DNA from: Lingula anatina
Lineage: Eukaryota > Animalia > Brachiopoda
Assembly: GCA_051362555.1 (NCBI GenBank)
Contig: CM120640.1
Location: 52,244,788 to 52,308,787, forward strand
DNA: 64,000 nucleotides
Reading direction: 5' to 3'
Below are positions 62,200 through 64,000 of this stretch, piece by piece. The position numbers were made by a program, and so were the translations under genes. Under the pieces are notes generated by a model, which worked only from the letters and a program-made list of their open reading frames with translations, did no database searches and was not told the origin of the DNA. Position 1 is the first letter of the stretch; each line of letters starts with the position of its first letter.

Positions 62200-62650
62200 A
62201 TAAATCGTTTAAAATGAACGAGAACGACCCACCAGTAAACACTCGTAAGTTCTCCATCCGAGATGGCAAATGCATTGAAAGTGGAATACCAGTGAATTGT
62301 GGAAAGAGTTAGGGACAACCCTATTTTAAAAAACTTAAATATACCCCTGCCCAACATAAATGCCAAGTCTGTCAGCAGCTTGCTCTAAATAGAAAAGAAA
62401 AAGGCTGATTATTTTTCAACAACAGTGCCTTCAGTGACCAGTCAAGGAAGCTGGACTTAGATGAACCCCAGCCACTGAAAAAGACATCAGTAAAGCAGGC
62501 CTCTGCTCGAAGTGGTGAGATGTCTGAGATGGCTGGTGGCCTATCACAAGCTTCATCTTTGTCACCTTTGCCACCACCATTGCGCCCTAAGAATTCATTA
62601 GGTGCACCTGTGTTGTTGGTGGTGCCTGCACAGCAGGTTTGCAACAGTAT
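62200..62650. pseudogene. Dada last-exon fragments in both orientations
   Basis: + strand RVRDNPILKNLNIPLPNINAKS (62300-62370), immediately followed by a minus-strand fragment (SKSSF..APVLLVVPAQ-like). Confidence 0.65.
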
Positions 62651-63660
62651 TATGGCTGACTATGATTATGTTATTCAGTAACCTCAGAGAAAGAAATAAT
62701 CAGACAGGGAGAACAAATGGTGGTATATGCATCTTTGTTAAAAAGAAAATACGAAAGTATATATTAGAAATAGCAAAACCGTGTATTGATTGCCTGTTTA
62801 TATTATGTGCTGAAGACTGAACCAAATGGTGTTTATAATCTTGAGCAGTGTATGATTGAATTATCTGAGAAGTATGACCACCTATTAAACGTAGTAGGGA
62901 AAATGTTTACAAAAGTCCTGAATGAAATGTTAATAAACTGGGCAGCAGATACAAGTAAGTTTTTATGAAGAACAGTGGGTTTAGGAAAGGCTATAGTACA
63001 ATAGAAAATTACTTCACATTGCAAGCCTTAATACAGAAATATCTTACAAAACAGAGGGGAAGATGCTACTGTGTTTTTATCGACTTCGCTAACGAACAAG
63101 ACGTGGGTGATATAAATACCTTTGTTAGCCAGTTTTTACTAAGGCTGAAGGACTGTGCTGGACAAAATTGGGTTGAAAGCATACAAAATAGTCCAAAACT
63201 TTGTAAAAACTATGCATTGTTTAAGAGTTTGTTAGAACCTGAAAAATATTTATTTGATATAAATATTAGGAAATACAGAGTAGCATTTTCAAGATTCAGG
63301 GCTTCAAATCAAAAACTTGCAATAGAAATTGGTAGACATGGAAATTTACAAAAAATTGATAGGTTGTGTAAATATTGCTTAGACAAAAATAGTTATGAAA
63401 TTGAAGATGAGAAGCATTTTTTACTAGTTTGTCCACGTTATGAAGAATTGAGAGCTCGGTACATTCCTAATATGAATATTAATAATACATCTTCAAATTG
63501 TTATATTGCTGTGATGAAAAAAAAAATCCTGATGCTCTGAGCAACCTTGCTAGATTTATTTATCATGGTTTGATTGCTAGAGAAAACTGATACGAAATGT
63601 CAAACTGTAACCTTGTGATGTATTTGCTATGGGCTGGCGGCCTTTATCAATTGAATCAAG
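62650..63660 (+). mobile_element. Internally deleted non-LTR retrotransposon (RTEX-like LINE): endonuclease, RT and C-terminal remnants
   Basis: GRTNGGICIFVK (APE); GFRKGYST...CVFIDF (RT); FSRFRASNQKLAIEIGRH..RLCKYC..EDEKHFLLVCPRY (C-terminal CCHC). Confidence 0.8.
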
Positions 63661-63688
63661 TTGATGACTTAAGTGTTCATTCCATACA

Positions 63689-63829
63689 CATGGGTGAAAG
63701 TTTTCAGGATTATGCCTGATTTCAGGAATTTCGGTCTTCATTTTGATCTTTTTTTTTAATGGTTTAAATGAGATGAGAAATTGCAAGCCATGTTTTCAGG
63801 ATTTTCAGTTTTAACAACTTTCACCTATG
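63689..63829. mobile_element. Small TIR element (MITE)
   Basis: CATGGGTGAAAGTT ... AACTTTCACCTATG, flanked by a duplicated CATACA, with internal TTCAGGA repeats. Confidence 0.45.
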
Positions 63830-64000
63830 CATACAAATTATTTGCATGGCTCCAGATGTTTTATCCTAAATTCTAAACAGTGTGTGTCTGCTTTGTATTA
63901 ACACTTTTAACTTTGAGCGCTCACAAGTGTCACAGAGGACAGAACAATTTTAATGCAATAATTTTGGATGATTGGACTATCATAACCAAAAAGCATTCTG

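Overview
Eukaryotic (invertebrate, probably lophotrochozoan) genomic window at the edge of a 5S rDNA cluster. Bases 1-25771 are a very homogeneous tandem array of 375-378-bp 5S rDNA units: 68 intact 119-nt 5S genes plus one interrupted copy. Two different ~7.2-7.6-kb DNA transposons sit at exactly the same site of the 5S gene (after nt 102, duplicating GGGAAT, nt 97-102) and in the same orientation. They encode intron-containing DDE transposases with Dada-superfamily motifs and N-terminal C2H2 zinc fingers. The first (25772-33369) has an apparently intact 9-exon, ~1366-aa CDS; the second (34505-41720) is decayed. The Dada targets I know of are U6/U1 snRNA and tRNA genes, so this looks like a 5S-rRNA-specific Dada lineage. 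All four element ends are degenerate copies of the 5S sequence just upstream of the cut site (TWASTAC-N6-GSGTSA-N6), which suggests how the target is chosen. Beyond the array is a transposon graveyard: a 5S pseudogene, further Dada fragments, a full-length split-direct-repeat (Ngaro-type) tyrosine-recombinase retrotransposon inserted in a Dada relic, a deleted Tc1, an ISL2EU-like relic nested in a Kolobok-like MITE, foldback MITEs and LINE fragments. All calls were made by eye, without database searches.
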